A stretch of DNA of 64,000 bases, from positions 168,702,001 to 168,766,000 of the forward strand of contig NC_042998.1 of assembly GCF_006345805.1 (NCBI RefSeq), read 5' to 3'. This document shows positions 39,931 to 52,205 of the stretch, in pieces (positions within the stretch are counted from its first letter, which is position 1; every line of letters starts with the position of its first letter). Both the position numbers and the translations under genes were made by a program. The notes under the pieces are model-generated. The model worked only from the letters and a program-made list of their open reading frames with translations. It was not told the origin of the DNA and did no database searches. Source of the stretch: Octopus sinensis (taxonomy: Eukaryota).

Positions 39931-40345
39931 CTATATTTCATTCCGTAACGGCCACCTCTGATGAGCGTAGGGTTACATAATCGGACTGTTGCCTAACGCT
40001 CCGATGAATCCCCAGCGCGAAACTAATTGATACGATTGGCCACATAGATATATATATTTGAGAGAGGGAGGAGAGGGACATAAAGAAGAAGAACAACAAT
40101 ATTCATAATTGCCAATTGCTACGATATAGATGATAAATGTCACCAATGGAGTGCATTTACTGATACCCCACTCCATCAAGATGCCCCATTTTAGCACTTG
40201 CAAAATGTACTTCGAAAAACAAAATGTAACGAAGCTACTCTACATACACTTATTCACCAAACTTCAAGTGCTAGAAACAGAATATAAGAAAAATGGCAAA
40301 TACATTGTAAAATGACAAATCGAAAAAAATCTATGAACTTTAACA

Positions 40346-40730
40346 TAGGTGCGGGCGTGACTATGTGGTAAGAAGTTTGTTTCCCGACCACATAATTCAG
40401 GGTTCAGTCTCACGACGTGGCAAGTACCTTCAACTATACCTTCGGGCCAACCAAAGCCTTATGAGAGAATTTGGTTGACTGAAACTGGAAGAAGCCCATC
40501 GTATATTCGTATATGTGTGTGTGTGTGTGTGGATATCCCCACCACCGCTTAACAACCGGTGTTATTGTGTTTACGTCCCCATAATTTAGCGGTTAGGCTA
40601 AAGAAACCGATAGAATAAATATCAGGCTTTAAAAATGAGGTACTAGGGTAGATTCATTCGACTACAAATTCTTGAAGGTAGTGTCCCCAGCATGACCGCC
40701 GTCTGAGGACTGAAACATGTGTAAAAGATA
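40346..40730 (+). mobile_element. tRNA-SINE (family 2), full length
   Basis: Head GGTGCGGGCGTGACTATGTGGTAAGAAG...GGGTTCAGTCTC (A/B-box-like), an internal TG tract, and a tail ending GACTGAAACATGTGTAAAAGATA. Confidence 0.85.
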
Positions 40731-41236
40731 GGCAAACCACCAAATCTCAAATAATAGGCATTCTCCATGTCAAAATTTACAATACAAAAAGGTGCAGAAT
40801 CTATCTGAAAAGTTAAAGAATTTATGTAGTATACTGTTTGAGATTGGCAGTCCAGGAGTGGCAGACAACAATTTCTTCAAGGAAATATCAATACTGGTAA
40901 CAATATTTATCGTTAGAATATTCTTTTCTAACAAACTACTAGTTAACGTTGATCATGCTTTTTTATAAGGAATATACTTCTATGCGTGATTAACATTATT
41001 GCTAATAATTAACATTTTTGACAACATTAAACATTTTAGTTAAATAACAGCACTTTCATTGATTAAGAAGTCATGCATGTTCTCTTAAATATTCTCTTAA
41101 CTATTGTTCCGAGACAGTGAGCTTTTGATGTGGTCATCAAATTACGAATAATAATTAATAGCAGAAACAAGAACACCGGCGATGTCAACAACAATAACAA
41201 CGACGACAACGAAGACGACGATGATTACGATGATGG

Positions 41237-41274
<38 letters not shown>

Positions 41275-41277
<3 letters not shown>

Positions 41278-41490
41278 GTTTCGAATTTAGGCACAAGGCC
41301 AGCAATTTTAAGAATAGATAATTACTCGATACGATTGACTCTCAGTTCTTAACTGCTACTCCAATTCAATGACGCAGGAGGGACGAAAGGCAAGGATGAC
41401 TTCAGCGGAATTTGATTTCAGAATGTTAAAAAAAATTGGAACAAATACCGCAAGAAATTTTGTCCAATGCTTTAGCGATTTTGCCAGCTC
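41275..41490 (-). mobile_element. SINE family 1, decayed
   Basis: GGCACAAGGCCAGCAATTTT...GAAAGGCAAGGATGACTTCAGCGGAATTTGA...TTTGCCAGCTCACCG. Confidence 0.7.
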
Positions 41491-41574
41491 ACCGACTGCA
41501 CACGTATCAACTGGTGGGAGGGAATTGGTGTGAAAACAGAAGCGCCACACAACAAAATATTCAATCGTAAATCG

Positions 41575-41988
41575 AAGGACATAGATAATGCTATGTCAAC
41601 GCAAACGCAAATAACTCATATACATTGATGTATCAATACCAACAGATGACAACGTTTCTCCAAAAGAAATGGAGAATCTTTCAAAATACAAAGACCTGAA
41701 AATAGAGGTAAATCGAATGTGGAGTCTAAAAACAGAAACAATTCCTATCATAGTGGGCGCATTAGGTATGATAAAAACATATTCAGACAAATACATAACA
41801 GAAGCACCAGGACTAACAAATATATATAACATACAGAAAATAGCACTACTAGACACTGCATACATCCTGCGTAAAATACTTTCAATACAGTAACTATAAG
41901 AGCATCACAATAAAATACAGCATATACCCAAGTCACACAGAGCTGCGAACGGTAGTGCAGTGAAGGCATGGTAATAAAAATATGATTA

Positions 41989-41991
<3 letters not shown>
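41575..41991 (+). mobile_element. 5'-truncated R4/Dong LINE 3' end (copy C)
   Basis: MENLSKYKDLKIEVNRMWSLKTETIPIIVGALGMI...RKILSIQ*. The 3' UTR is shared with copy D and is followed by (TAA)n at 41992-42063. Confidence 0.9.
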
Positions 41992-42063
<72 letters not shown>

Positions 42064-42065
<2 letters not shown>

Positions 42066-42723
42066 ATATGTGGAGATGAACAAGAAACAATAAATTATAT
42101 TATCTCTAGCTGCCCAGTCCTGGCTAAGAAGGAATATATTCACAGACATGACAGAGTTGGAACCTACATACATTGGAAGCTATGCCAACATTATGGAATA
42201 ACAACAGAAAAAAGATGGTATAGGCACACACCAGAAAAGGTCACAGAAAACGAGAAAGCAACCATACTCTGGGATATGCCGATACACACAGACAGAGAAA
42301 TTAAGACCAACAGACCAGATATAGTTGTCAGAGACCATGAAGAAAAAAAATGCTTTCTAATTGATGTATCAATACCGGCTGATGACAACGTGTCTCTAAA
42401 AGAAATGGAGAAACTCTCAAAATACAAAGACCTGGAAATAGAGGTAACTAGAATGTGGAATCTGAAAACAGAAACAATTCCTATCATAGTAGGTGCATTA
42501 GGCATGATAAAAGAATATTCAGACAAATACATAACAAAAACACCAGGACTTACAAACACATATAACATACAGAAAATTGCACTACTAGGCACTGCACACA
42601 TCCTACGCAGAACACTTTCCATACAATAACCATCAGAGCATCACAACAAATCACAGCACATACCCAAGGCACACAGAGCTGCGCTCGGTAGTGAAGTGAA
42701 AGCACGCTATAAAAATAAAACTA

Positions 42724-42726
<3 letters not shown>
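42064..42726 (+). mobile_element. 5'-truncated R4/Dong LINE 3' end (copy D) with uninterrupted endonuclease frame
   Basis: Open frame 42066-42629: ICGDEQETINYIISSCP...RHDRVG...RPDIVV...IDVSIPADD...KLSKYKDL...LSIQ* (PD..D...K restriction-like endonuclease). Followed by (TAA)n at 42727-42798. Confidence 0.93.
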
Positions 42727-42780
<54 letters not shown>

Positions 42781-42798
42781 TATAATAATAATAATAAT

Positions 42799-44335
42799 CC
42801 ACTCACATATGAGTATCAAAACACAGGCAAGAAACATGGGAAACAAATATTGAGGAAAAGATAAGAAAAATGGTATCTCAATCCTTTGTGAAATCAATAA
42901 CGAAATAACACAACTAAAAAGGGGAATTGGATCAAATACATTACAAATATAGCCAAAAGAAAAGTTCCGCTTAAAATAAAAGAACTCATAAAACAAAAGA
43001 TCCTTGCTTAATCGCAAATAATCCACCGGTGTAAAAAGAAAAAAAGGACAATTCTGTGAGCAAAATAAACATTCCCACTACAAATTGAAACGATTCCATA
43101 AAAAAAAACTTGCTAAAAAATAAAACAGATATCAATGCACAGAAAAACAGCGATCAAAACTATTGAGAAGAGTACATCTTAGGAAGAAAGAATCTCCACG
43201 AAGAAGAGCAGTCAAGACAACGGAAACAGAAATCGTGAGCATCCATAACAAATTAAAGGGTAATTTAGATAGTGCAAAAACAAACGACTAGAAGGGATCT
43301 TGATATGACAAAAGCCCGTTTCTGGTTTAAATATTTAATAGAGACGTATACGTTCCTGGAAGAGAAGTTTGAGATGTTAACGGATCCAGAAACAACTGAC
43401 TGGCTCACTGAAGAGTAAAACCAACTTACGCCTGGAATCTACAGAAACCAAAGATAAAAAAAAAATTAATAGCTACAGAAATGTCTTCCTATATACTACA
43501 AAACCTTAACTCTAATAATATGGCAGAGAGTGATCATCTAGAAGAAAATAACCTGTTTCCAGAAGAGCTGAAGAGATGATGCAAAGACTCACCGGGCTGT
43601 AAACTCAATTACTGATCAATAAAGCTATAACTGAAGATTGACGAAAGAAAACAAAGGATTGGAGCATGACATGGGTTGATAACCGGAAAATATGTCATGA
43701 GCAAATGGGATACGTTTTTGCATTTTCTATCAAATAATGAAATTGTAAATACTAAACAAATCGCTATTAGAAGGGGAGTAGTCAAGGGGACACTCACTGT
43801 CCACTTTTTTCTGTCTTGCATTGACAATTTTACCGACATGCTAAACAGAACTGGATGTGAATACAAATGCTATAGCACGGCAATTAACAATCTTTATGAA
43901 TATGGTTAATTTCATGTTGTATGCTGCAGATAATGTACAACTGGAAACCTTATTGCAGAAAGTATACGGATTTATCAACAAACATATGTCTGTCCGTGTG
44001 TGTGTGTGTGTGATTTGACTTAGAAAAATACGTTAAAGATAAAACTAAGAAGACTAATATCATACTTTATAAAAATAAACTGAGATAAAAGAATTAGACA
44101 AAATGCAGACAGAAATACTTAAGTGTCAGTGAACTCGACAGTATACAAGACACACAAGTTAAAGAAAGATTACTAAATGCAAGAAATATGGTAGTAGGAA
44201 TCAATACTCTAGTCATCCCAGTAAAAAGTTACACTTTTAAATTCTTGCCGGAATTTAAAATTATCTATCTAGACTAGGCAGGAAAACAAGGGAAATAACG
44301 ATGACATTTAACATAAAGACTAAAGACTGACACTG
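42799..44335 (+). mobile_element. Highly decayed R4/Dong LINE (copy E)
   Basis: Remnants DWLTEE, LEENNLFPEE, LLINKAITED, WSMTWVD and QIAIRRGVVKG (RT region). No long open frame. Confidence 0.6.
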
Positions 44336-44403
44336 AATTACTATGTCTATGTATATATATAAATTTCATATATATATATATATATATACACACACATACA
44401 TAC

Positions 44404-44526
44404 ATTGGCCTGCTCACTTAGCCAGCGGGGTGGCGTCATTCGAAGGCTAAAACAATGCGAAGCGCATTGTGACCAGCGATGTGTAGCAACATCTGATGGT
44501 CTGGTCGGTCACGTGATCACGTGATA
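44404..44526. other. CpG-rich short structured element between (TA)n tracts
   Basis: Serial inverted repeats TTAGCC/GGCTAA, ACAATGCG/CGCATTGT and GACCAG/CTGGTC, plus the 16-bp palindrome TCACGTGATCACGTGA. Confidence 0.6.
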
Positions 44527-44759
44527 TACATACATATCAATATCAATATATATATATATATATATATATAAGGAATCCAACTATTGAGGTAGGTTAAAAG
44601 GTTTGCAATATTTGATATGTACTAGTTTGCGTGGTGCATGTCATATGACCGCAGCAGTTCAAGCCGTGCGAGTTACCCGCTACGGTTGGTAGTATCGTGG
44701 TAGTTGGTGGACTGGTAGGTTGTGCATTGCTTCATTCTGTGTATGATTTGAAGGCCGCA

Positions 44760-45330
44760 CACATAAACGTGCAACGTAGTCGAATTCAGAAACTCATGCT
44801 TTATGCGTTCGAACTTGGCCATAACGCCGCCATAGCAGCCAAAAACACTTATTGTGCAAAAGATAAAGTTAATCACTGTACAGTAACGAGATGATTCTAG
44901 GTCTTTCGTTCGGGTTGCAAGAACCTCGACGATCTGTGGATTCCGAGGCCATTTTCCGAACCATAGAAGCAGATTCGATCACGGCATCACACTGATGTAT
45001 GCCATTGTGTGGGGAAAATACTTAGTTAATAGAAAGTGAGTTCCTTTGCAGCAAGGCAACGTATATGAAAACCGCTCATACGGCAAGATCTTTAAGGAAC
45101 TGAACCGACGCCACACTCAAGCATATAGGCCACGCCTAGCTCCTCGGATTATTGCTTGCCCCGATCCATGTCTTATCTCTTGCGCACGTGACGTTTCATC
45201 AACCAAAAAGAGACCGAAGCTTCAGTGATAGATTTCTTCGCCTCAAAGAACAAGACCTGGGATCAAAGAACTAGCAGAATGATAGCTGCTGGAGGTGCAA
45301 CTCGATAGCATCTACTTTGAATGTTAGGAT
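44760..45330 (+). mobile_element. Decayed, internally deleted mariner transposase remnant
   Basis: LMLYAFELGHNAAIAAKNTYCAK...TVTR*F..FRSGCKNLDD (mariner HTH), and later a decayed HPAYSPDLAPSDY-like segment followed by ...DFFASKNK...GIKEL. Confidence 0.7.
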
Positions 45331-45369
45331 GTATTTGCAATGGGAAATGTAAAACAGTTAAAATCTAAC

Positions 45370-45730
45370 CTAAAATTGGGACCGCATAATGCCACAATGA
45401 CAAAAAATTCCCATTATTGCCAATATTGAAGGGGGAATGAAAAAAGTAGAAGTAGACAAAGAAAAACCCAACACTGGATATGATGTACGTGACTCAAATC
45501 AGAAACTGAAGTTTCTTTGATTACGATATACTGGAACAAACCTCTTCATCAGAAACTACTAAAAACATATAATGAGGCAGAAGTCTCCAAGAACAGTAAA
45601 ACAACCATACTTTGAAATATGCCAATAAACAGAAACACAGAAATGAAGGTTAATCGATCAGGAGGGGGTGGAGGGGTGAAGGAGGAAGATGAGGAGGTGG
45701 GGTGGAGGAGGAGGAGGAGAAGAAGAAGAA

Positions 45731-45777
<47 letters not shown>

Positions 45778-47900
45778 AGAAGAAGAAGAAGAAGAAGAAG
45801 AAGAAGAAGAAGAAGAAGAAGAAATCCACAAATACAGTACGCTGATTTACTACAGCAATTGATAAAGATTAGCCTTTAACTGCGTACTGCGGCACCCCAC
45901 CGAAGACAAAGAAATTAATAATGACCACTAATATAATGTTGGATTCTAAAACGGGAATTAAGCCAAACCAAAACTTACAAATATTTAGCTATCAATAAAC
46001 TCGACAGCATAAAGCGCGCACGAAAGAAATGGTTAGGAAGGAATGTTAAAGATGTGTTTCATTACTAATAAAAGAAAAAAACAGATTTCTACATAAAAAC
46101 TATGATAATAACCAATATAAGTTATTGCTGTATTTTTCCCAACATACCACAGAATTTTATACACAAGAATATGCAAAAAAAAAGAACAAGAAATATAACG
46201 GCTGCATTTAGAACATATCAGCTTAAAATATGACATGGAAATATTATATTTACCAGAAATACAGGGAGGAAGGGACTTTATCCAAGTAGAAAGCCAAATT
46301 GTGTTATAGCTAAAATATCTCATGGAGAATTAATACAAATAGCTATAAAACATATACACAATAATCTGATTTATATCTTTAAGTATGCTAGCGTGCATTA
46401 TACAGAGATTGAATTGAGAGTCGGTTGTGAGGTGAAACAAGATACTATACTAGACGTGAAAAAGCTGAAAGCAAATCTAAAAAATTGTTAACTGAAGGAT
46501 ATAGTCTAGCGAGTTGGAGGAGTAGTGTCGAGGGAAACCATCCTTGATATCGGTGGAATTGGAATTTTGTTATTCCCATCCCGCCAAAATTAGATTGAAA
46601 TATACTACAAAAAATTGAAAGATAGGGGAGATATATTTACTTAGCAAAATAGAAAAAGAAAGATTAACGTGAAAAACAAAAACGTCCCCAAACAACAAAA
46701 TAATCACTGTAGAAGCAAGAAAAAGGTTTAAACAAACGATAGCAAAAGTATACAAATAAGTCACCTCGGAAAATGTGAACGCTTCTGGCAGAACAAAAAT
46801 ACCGTAATCAAAGAACAGATTAAAAGGTTTTTAGTGATACTACCAAAACCGAATAATCATAGAATTTGAGACGTATTAAGATCAACAAAAATTGAAACTC
46901 ACTAAGTATGCATATGGAACAAAAACTTTCTGCACAAAATGTACTGTAGATGAGAAAAGAAGTGGTGAAATATACAAGAGCATCGTAAAGCAAGGCTCAA
47001 AACAGCAGGCAAGAAATTCACCAACACATTTAGAAATGAAGAACACCTGGAACAGAAAAGGTTCTCAGCTTCTGATTGAAACACCTGACCAGTGCTCACG
47101 TGTATGGTCATAGCATTCAATGATGTGTTAAGTAGAACAAAATCAAAACATAAGGGCGGAAATATTCATTCCTCAATATTAGAGACACCTAAAACTAAAG
47201 TACTATAACTTGCTTAGTAACGATATACAAAGCACTTGCAGACATACTATACAAAAGTTTTGTTATTCACAAGGAGAGCAATAAGATATTGCCAGCGGAA
47301 CACAAAGAATGCCAGGAAGGAATTCATGGTTGTTATTAAAGACAGCAAAAAGAAAACAAGCCTTAGCATGCCATAAATAATGCATTACTGAAAAGTACTT
47401 AACAGTATATCATACTCTTCGGTACTTGAGAATCTCTATAACTATCAAGCAACCCTAATACAAACAAAATGCATCATCCAAGCCATGCCAAACTAGAAAT
47501 GAAAGCATTAAATGAAACAGAGAATTAGACCAGAATCCCAAGTACAAATACATAGGACTAGATTAAATGCAACGCACAGAAATGGCGAAGAAAATTTAAG
47601 AGTACGAATGAAATAATAAAATACTAGATATAAATACACTATTTCTCCCCTACCAAGTAACGTGTCATATAACCTAAGCATTAATCACAATAGATGATAC
47701 TATATCTTTAAAAGAAATAGATTATCCAAATATAAATATCTGAAAACTGTGATATATAAAATCTCGTGATAGAAAAAAGCAGAAATAAACCCTATAAATT
47801 AATAGGAATACACATTAAAATGGATAACCCAATCTCTGAGATTTAGAAATATATAAATATAGAAAATAGTCCTATTAGGCACTGTAAACTTATTATCCTC
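45370..47900 (+). mobile_element. Very decayed LINE-like remnant, probably R4/Dong, interrupted by (GAA)n
   Basis: Purine-skewed sequence with scattered similarity to the Dong copies, e.g. a GFVIA.Q-like segment near 47260 and a KIVLLGT-like end near 47870. Boundaries are approximate. Confidence 0.4.
45700..45823. repeat. (GGA)n/(GAA)n microsatellite
   Basis: Directly visible; explains the poly-Arg ORF. Confidence 0.95.
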
Positions 47901-48574
47901 GAAGCGAGACCAAAACTAAACGTATCAAAGACTAAGCGTATCAATGACTCGTAGATCGCCAAGCTAGTCGTTCAGAGAAACCATGCAATAAAAATATGAC
48001 GCTGAAAAATGATAATTTGTATCGTTGGTACAATAATTTTTTAAACTGATTCAGCTTGTCCCGGAAGGGGTTACAACAAATGTGCCCTAGCAAAGCTTAA
48101 AATCAGGACATAAAAGAATAACAAAACTAGTTTTAAAATGATTATCAAAATTTACCAGAAGCTTGCCAGGTAGTTGATTTGTGCGTTTGACGTAATTTCG
48201 TCTGCTCCATAGAAAATCGTGTACAAATGACACATTACTTAACCATATCGATGCTACAACCAATTTTGAATACAAAACCTCATCAAATTAAATCTTACTT
48301 TTAAAACCACCATGTAATAAAAAGACCTATACTTGGCTCAATGTTTTCCTTTTCAGTGTGAAACTTAAGTTTTAAAAGCGATGATATCATGCGATCTAAT
48401 AGCAACACAATGTTGCTTTTTGCCTTAGAGAGAGAAAGAGAGAGAGAGAGCATGATCTCCAGGACTACAGTTACCTTTATCTATATCCTTACAAGTTTAG
48501 CTTTGCCTCATAAAAATTCAAGCTGAATCACACATACATCCTTTGTATTCCAATATTGACAACAATAGTTTTGT

Positions 48575-48910
48575 GGAAGATACATTTTCACAATCGCATT
48601 AGTTTTATTTTGAATGGGGTATTAAAAATACGCCTGGATATTCACTCATATGTATTATCATCTCTTCAAATGCAACACAAAGACATTAATATCTCGAGAA
48701 GTGGCACAACAAAGTGATCCATTAGATCCATTACATTTTCACTTGGCTATTCAGCCTATTATCTATAACTTGAAACACAGGCTGAACGTTTGATATTTGC
48801 ACGATGTAACTGCCAGGGACAGCGTTGACTCAGACATGGAAGTCTTTCAGTTTTAACAGAAGAATGGAAAAGAATAGGCTTTGAAATAAATCAATCTGAA
48901 TGTAAAGTTT
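48575..48910 (+). mobile_element. CRE-clade-like non-LTR reverse transcriptase remnant
   Basis: Reads SREVAQQSDPLDPLHFHLAIQP...LNV*YLHDVT, then after a frameshift EEWKRIGFEINQSECKVF. Compare CRE motifs GVQQGDPLGPLLF, WYLDDGT and GL.LN..KCE. Confidence 0.6.
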
Positions 48911-49169
48911 TTGGTAAATTCGAATAAACTGTCCTCGAATATAAAAATCACTAAACGCAACAGTCTCTATCAGAATAAACATTAGCTTTGCAAGTTAACA
49001 AATACAATGGATTTTCTATTCTTTCTAAATACTTTGTTTTTCCTAAACGCATAGATATTTATACACACTGTAAGACATCCCCTCTGCTTATTTTTCGGGG
49101 ACTAATATATATCCTTAAAACGTCGCACATGGACAATGAAATCGTGGTATAGTTGACAAGATAATAATT

Positions 49170-49340
49170 GACTTCAAATTTTGGCACAAGGTCAGCAGCT
49201 TTCAATTATTACTTATTTTATCGAACCCCGAAACGATGAAAGACATAGCCGACCTCGGCAAAATTTGAACTCAGAACGTAAAGAAAAGCCGCTGAGAATT
49301 TCGCCCGAAGTGCAAACAATTCTGCCAGCTCGCCGCTTTA
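49170..49340 (-). mobile_element. SINE family 1, internally deleted
   Basis: TTGGCACAAGG...GACCTCGGCAAAATTTGAACTCAGAACGTAAAG...TCTGCCAGCTCGCCGC. Confidence 0.8.
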
Positions 49341-49482
49341 ATTGATGACATAATAACTGACGAGAACTTCCGGTAAATGTTTTAGTGCAAAATACACATA
49401 CAGGTGACTCTCGCACATACAATATGCTCGACTGAAACTTTTCCTTTAACCTCAAGTGTATTTATGAATATACTGTATGCAT

Positions 49483-49542
<60 letters not shown>

Positions 49543-49876
49543 TGTGTGTGTGTGTGTGCGTGTGTGTGCGTGCGTGCATTCGCTCGTGTATAGGTACAAC
49601 TTTCAGTGTGTCTGTGTATCGCTTCATTGCATAGTCTGTAAATGAATATATTGTCAGATCAGAGACTTGACAACCAGTGAGCTACTGATCTGTAAGCCAG
49701 CGTTATCTTTGCATATCCAGAACGTCGAACACGAGACCGGTGACTCACAAAGGCTGATTGCGGAAACGGGTGTGTGATCTTTTTAGATAAACTGCAGGAT
49801 GAACAAAAACACCTACAATGATTGGGTGGACTCACGAAAGCTTGCGGCTAAACGATAGTCTCTACTCTTGCATATA

Positions 49877-51107
49877 CGGGCGTCAGCTGGAAGGTTCATA
49901 GGCTGGCCAATATACTTACATAGAATGTAACCAAATAAGATGTATTTTTCAACGTAATCCCCATTGCGATCCACACACTTCTTCCATCAGTGCTGCAGTG
50001 CTTGGATCCCATTGGTGAAGAAGCTTTCATCTTGTTGGTTAAAAAGTCAACAGCAGATATGATGTCATCATGACTGCGATACTGTTTTTCAGCCATGTGT
50101 ATTTTCATGTTAGGGAACAGATGATAGTCAGATGGGGCTAAATCAGGAGGCTGCTCAACTAGTTCAAAGCCAGAGGTCACGCACAGCAGCCTTTAAAACC
50201 AAGGACTTGTGTGCTGGAGCATTGTCCTGATGAATCAAGTCGTCCACTTTCGTAACTGCCTCAGCAATTTGGCATAATTCTCTTCGTTGATGGTGTGACC
50301 CTTTTGAAGATAGTCAATAAGCGCAATGCCTTTTGCATCCCAAGAAACTAGGGCCATCGACTTCCCTGCAGATGAAACGACCTTATTAGGACCAGTTGAG
50401 GAACGGTGTTTCCACTGCACGGAGTGTCTCACTGTCCCTGGCTCAAAGTAATGAACCCAACACTTATCCTGGATTAAGAAACTTCAAGGAAACCAGCTGG
50501 ATCTACCTCAAACATTGTCATATTTTCCTGTGATGTAATTATCCTGGTGCGCTTATGATTAAGTATCAAGTAGCGTGCATCCACCGATCAGAAACTTTTG
50601 TTATGCCAAGTTCATTGCGCAGAATATTTTCAACTCTTTCACGGGATATGCTAATAGCATTGGCTATTTGATATATAGCCAACCGCCTGTCATCCATCAG
50701 CGTGTGGTTTTCCTCGGTGTTGCAGATTCAGAACGTTCAGACCTTAAACCAACTTCAAAACTCTCTGACTTCTGAATTCGTCTACCCCCTTTTGAACTGT
50801 TTACAAAGCTAGAGCATCATCCCCTAGAGAGTAATTTTGTCAGCCTTAATGCTTTTTTTTTTCTTTTGAGGGGTGCTAAACCTTTTTACTGCAGGTAATT
50901 GATAACACTACAATACCAAATTTTGTCCATTTGCAAGTAAGGTTGGTACTAGTTAGTTTTGAAATCATTGAACAATCAGATGCCAGTTTACGTGGAAAGA
51001 AACACTTCAGTTATCAATAAGGAGAGTTGAAATTAATACATACAAGATTTCACAGCTCAAACATAATTTTTTCATAGTGAACCTATGAACTTTTCAGCTC
51101 ACCCTCG
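49877..51107 (-). mobile_element. Mariner (irritans/Himar1-like) transposon with both TIRs, transposase decayed
   Basis: TA|CGGGCGTCAGCTGGAAGGTTCATAGG ... CCTATGAACTTTTCAGCTCACCCTCG|TA (inverted ends, TA duplication). Minus-strand fragments PDLAPSDYHLFPNMK and SAGKSMALVSWDAKGIALIDYLQKGHTIN..YAKLLRQLR. Confidence 0.92.
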
Positions 51108-51140
51108 TATACACATTTCTCTTTCGCTCTTTCTATCTCC

Positions 51141-51174
<34 letters not shown>

Positions 51175-51624
51175 TCCTTTCTCCTTCCGTTTCTCTCTAA
51201 GGGTGTTGAAAGGTAATCTTGTAATTGTTTTTCTTTTTTTCATTATCCCTTGTTGTTAGTGTAATGGCGTCAAACGCTTAAAACGCACATTCATGTCGCA
51301 TAAACATTTGTCAAAATAAGATTTTATACGCTGATATTTAATGCGCATTTTTTCCAGCGAAAATCATATTTTCAACTTCAGGGAGTTACAAACACATGCC
51401 GAACCTTACGTTTGCATTTATGACAATGAAATATTGCCACATCGCAATTTTGTGATTCACGAGGGCACACAGAACAAATAGTTTAGTAGTCACGATTCTT
51501 CGGTCAACACCGAAACTGCCTCTTTACCAAAGAGTCAGCAGCATTTGGGAGGTGGGTTTGACAAACTACTGTGAGTCTTCGTCATCCTGAGAGCGCATGA
51601 CAGGGAGGCATTATATATCTTTTA

Positions 51625-52205
51625 TCTTTTAATTTTTACTTATTTCAGTTATTTGACTGCAGCTATGCTGGGTCACCGCCTTGAAGAGTTTTAGTCGAAC
51701 GAATCAACCCAGAATTTTTTTTAAGCCTAGTACATATTTTATAGGGCTCTTTTGCTGAATTACTAAGTTAAGGGGATGTAAACTCATCAACACCGGTTTT
51801 CAAGAGGTTGTGGAGGACAAGCACACACACACACACACACATAGATATATACGTTTCCTCGGTGTTGCAGATTCAGGACGTTCGAACTTTAAACCAACTA
51901 AATTCATCTTCCCATTTTTGAACTGTTTACAAATCTGGAGAATCATCACCTAGAGAGCAATCTTGTCAGCATGAATGGTTTTTTGGGGGGTTGGGGTACT
52001 AAACCCTTTTACTGCAGGTAATTAATAACACTACAAGGCTACTTTCAGTTTCCGTCTACCAGATCCACTCTTTCAGGTTACTTTCAGTTTCCGTCTACCA
52101 AATCCACTCACAAATCTTTGGTCGGCCCGTGATGCCATATAGTGGGACTGAACTCGGAACCATGTGATTAGGAAGCAAGCTTCTTACCACACAACCACGC
52201 CTGCA
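51625..52205 (-). mobile_element. SINE family 2 carrying a 183-bp mariner insert and a 39-bp duplication
   Basis: Both SINE halves match the reverse complement of 40346-40730. 51854-52036 matches 50709-50913. The sequence 52037-52075 is repeated at 52076-52113. Confidence 0.85.

Noticed and set aside
39605-40420. tRNA-like heads with A/B boxes
   Set aside because: They continue into SINE bodies and lack a complete cloverleaf or acceptor stem; not tRNA genes.
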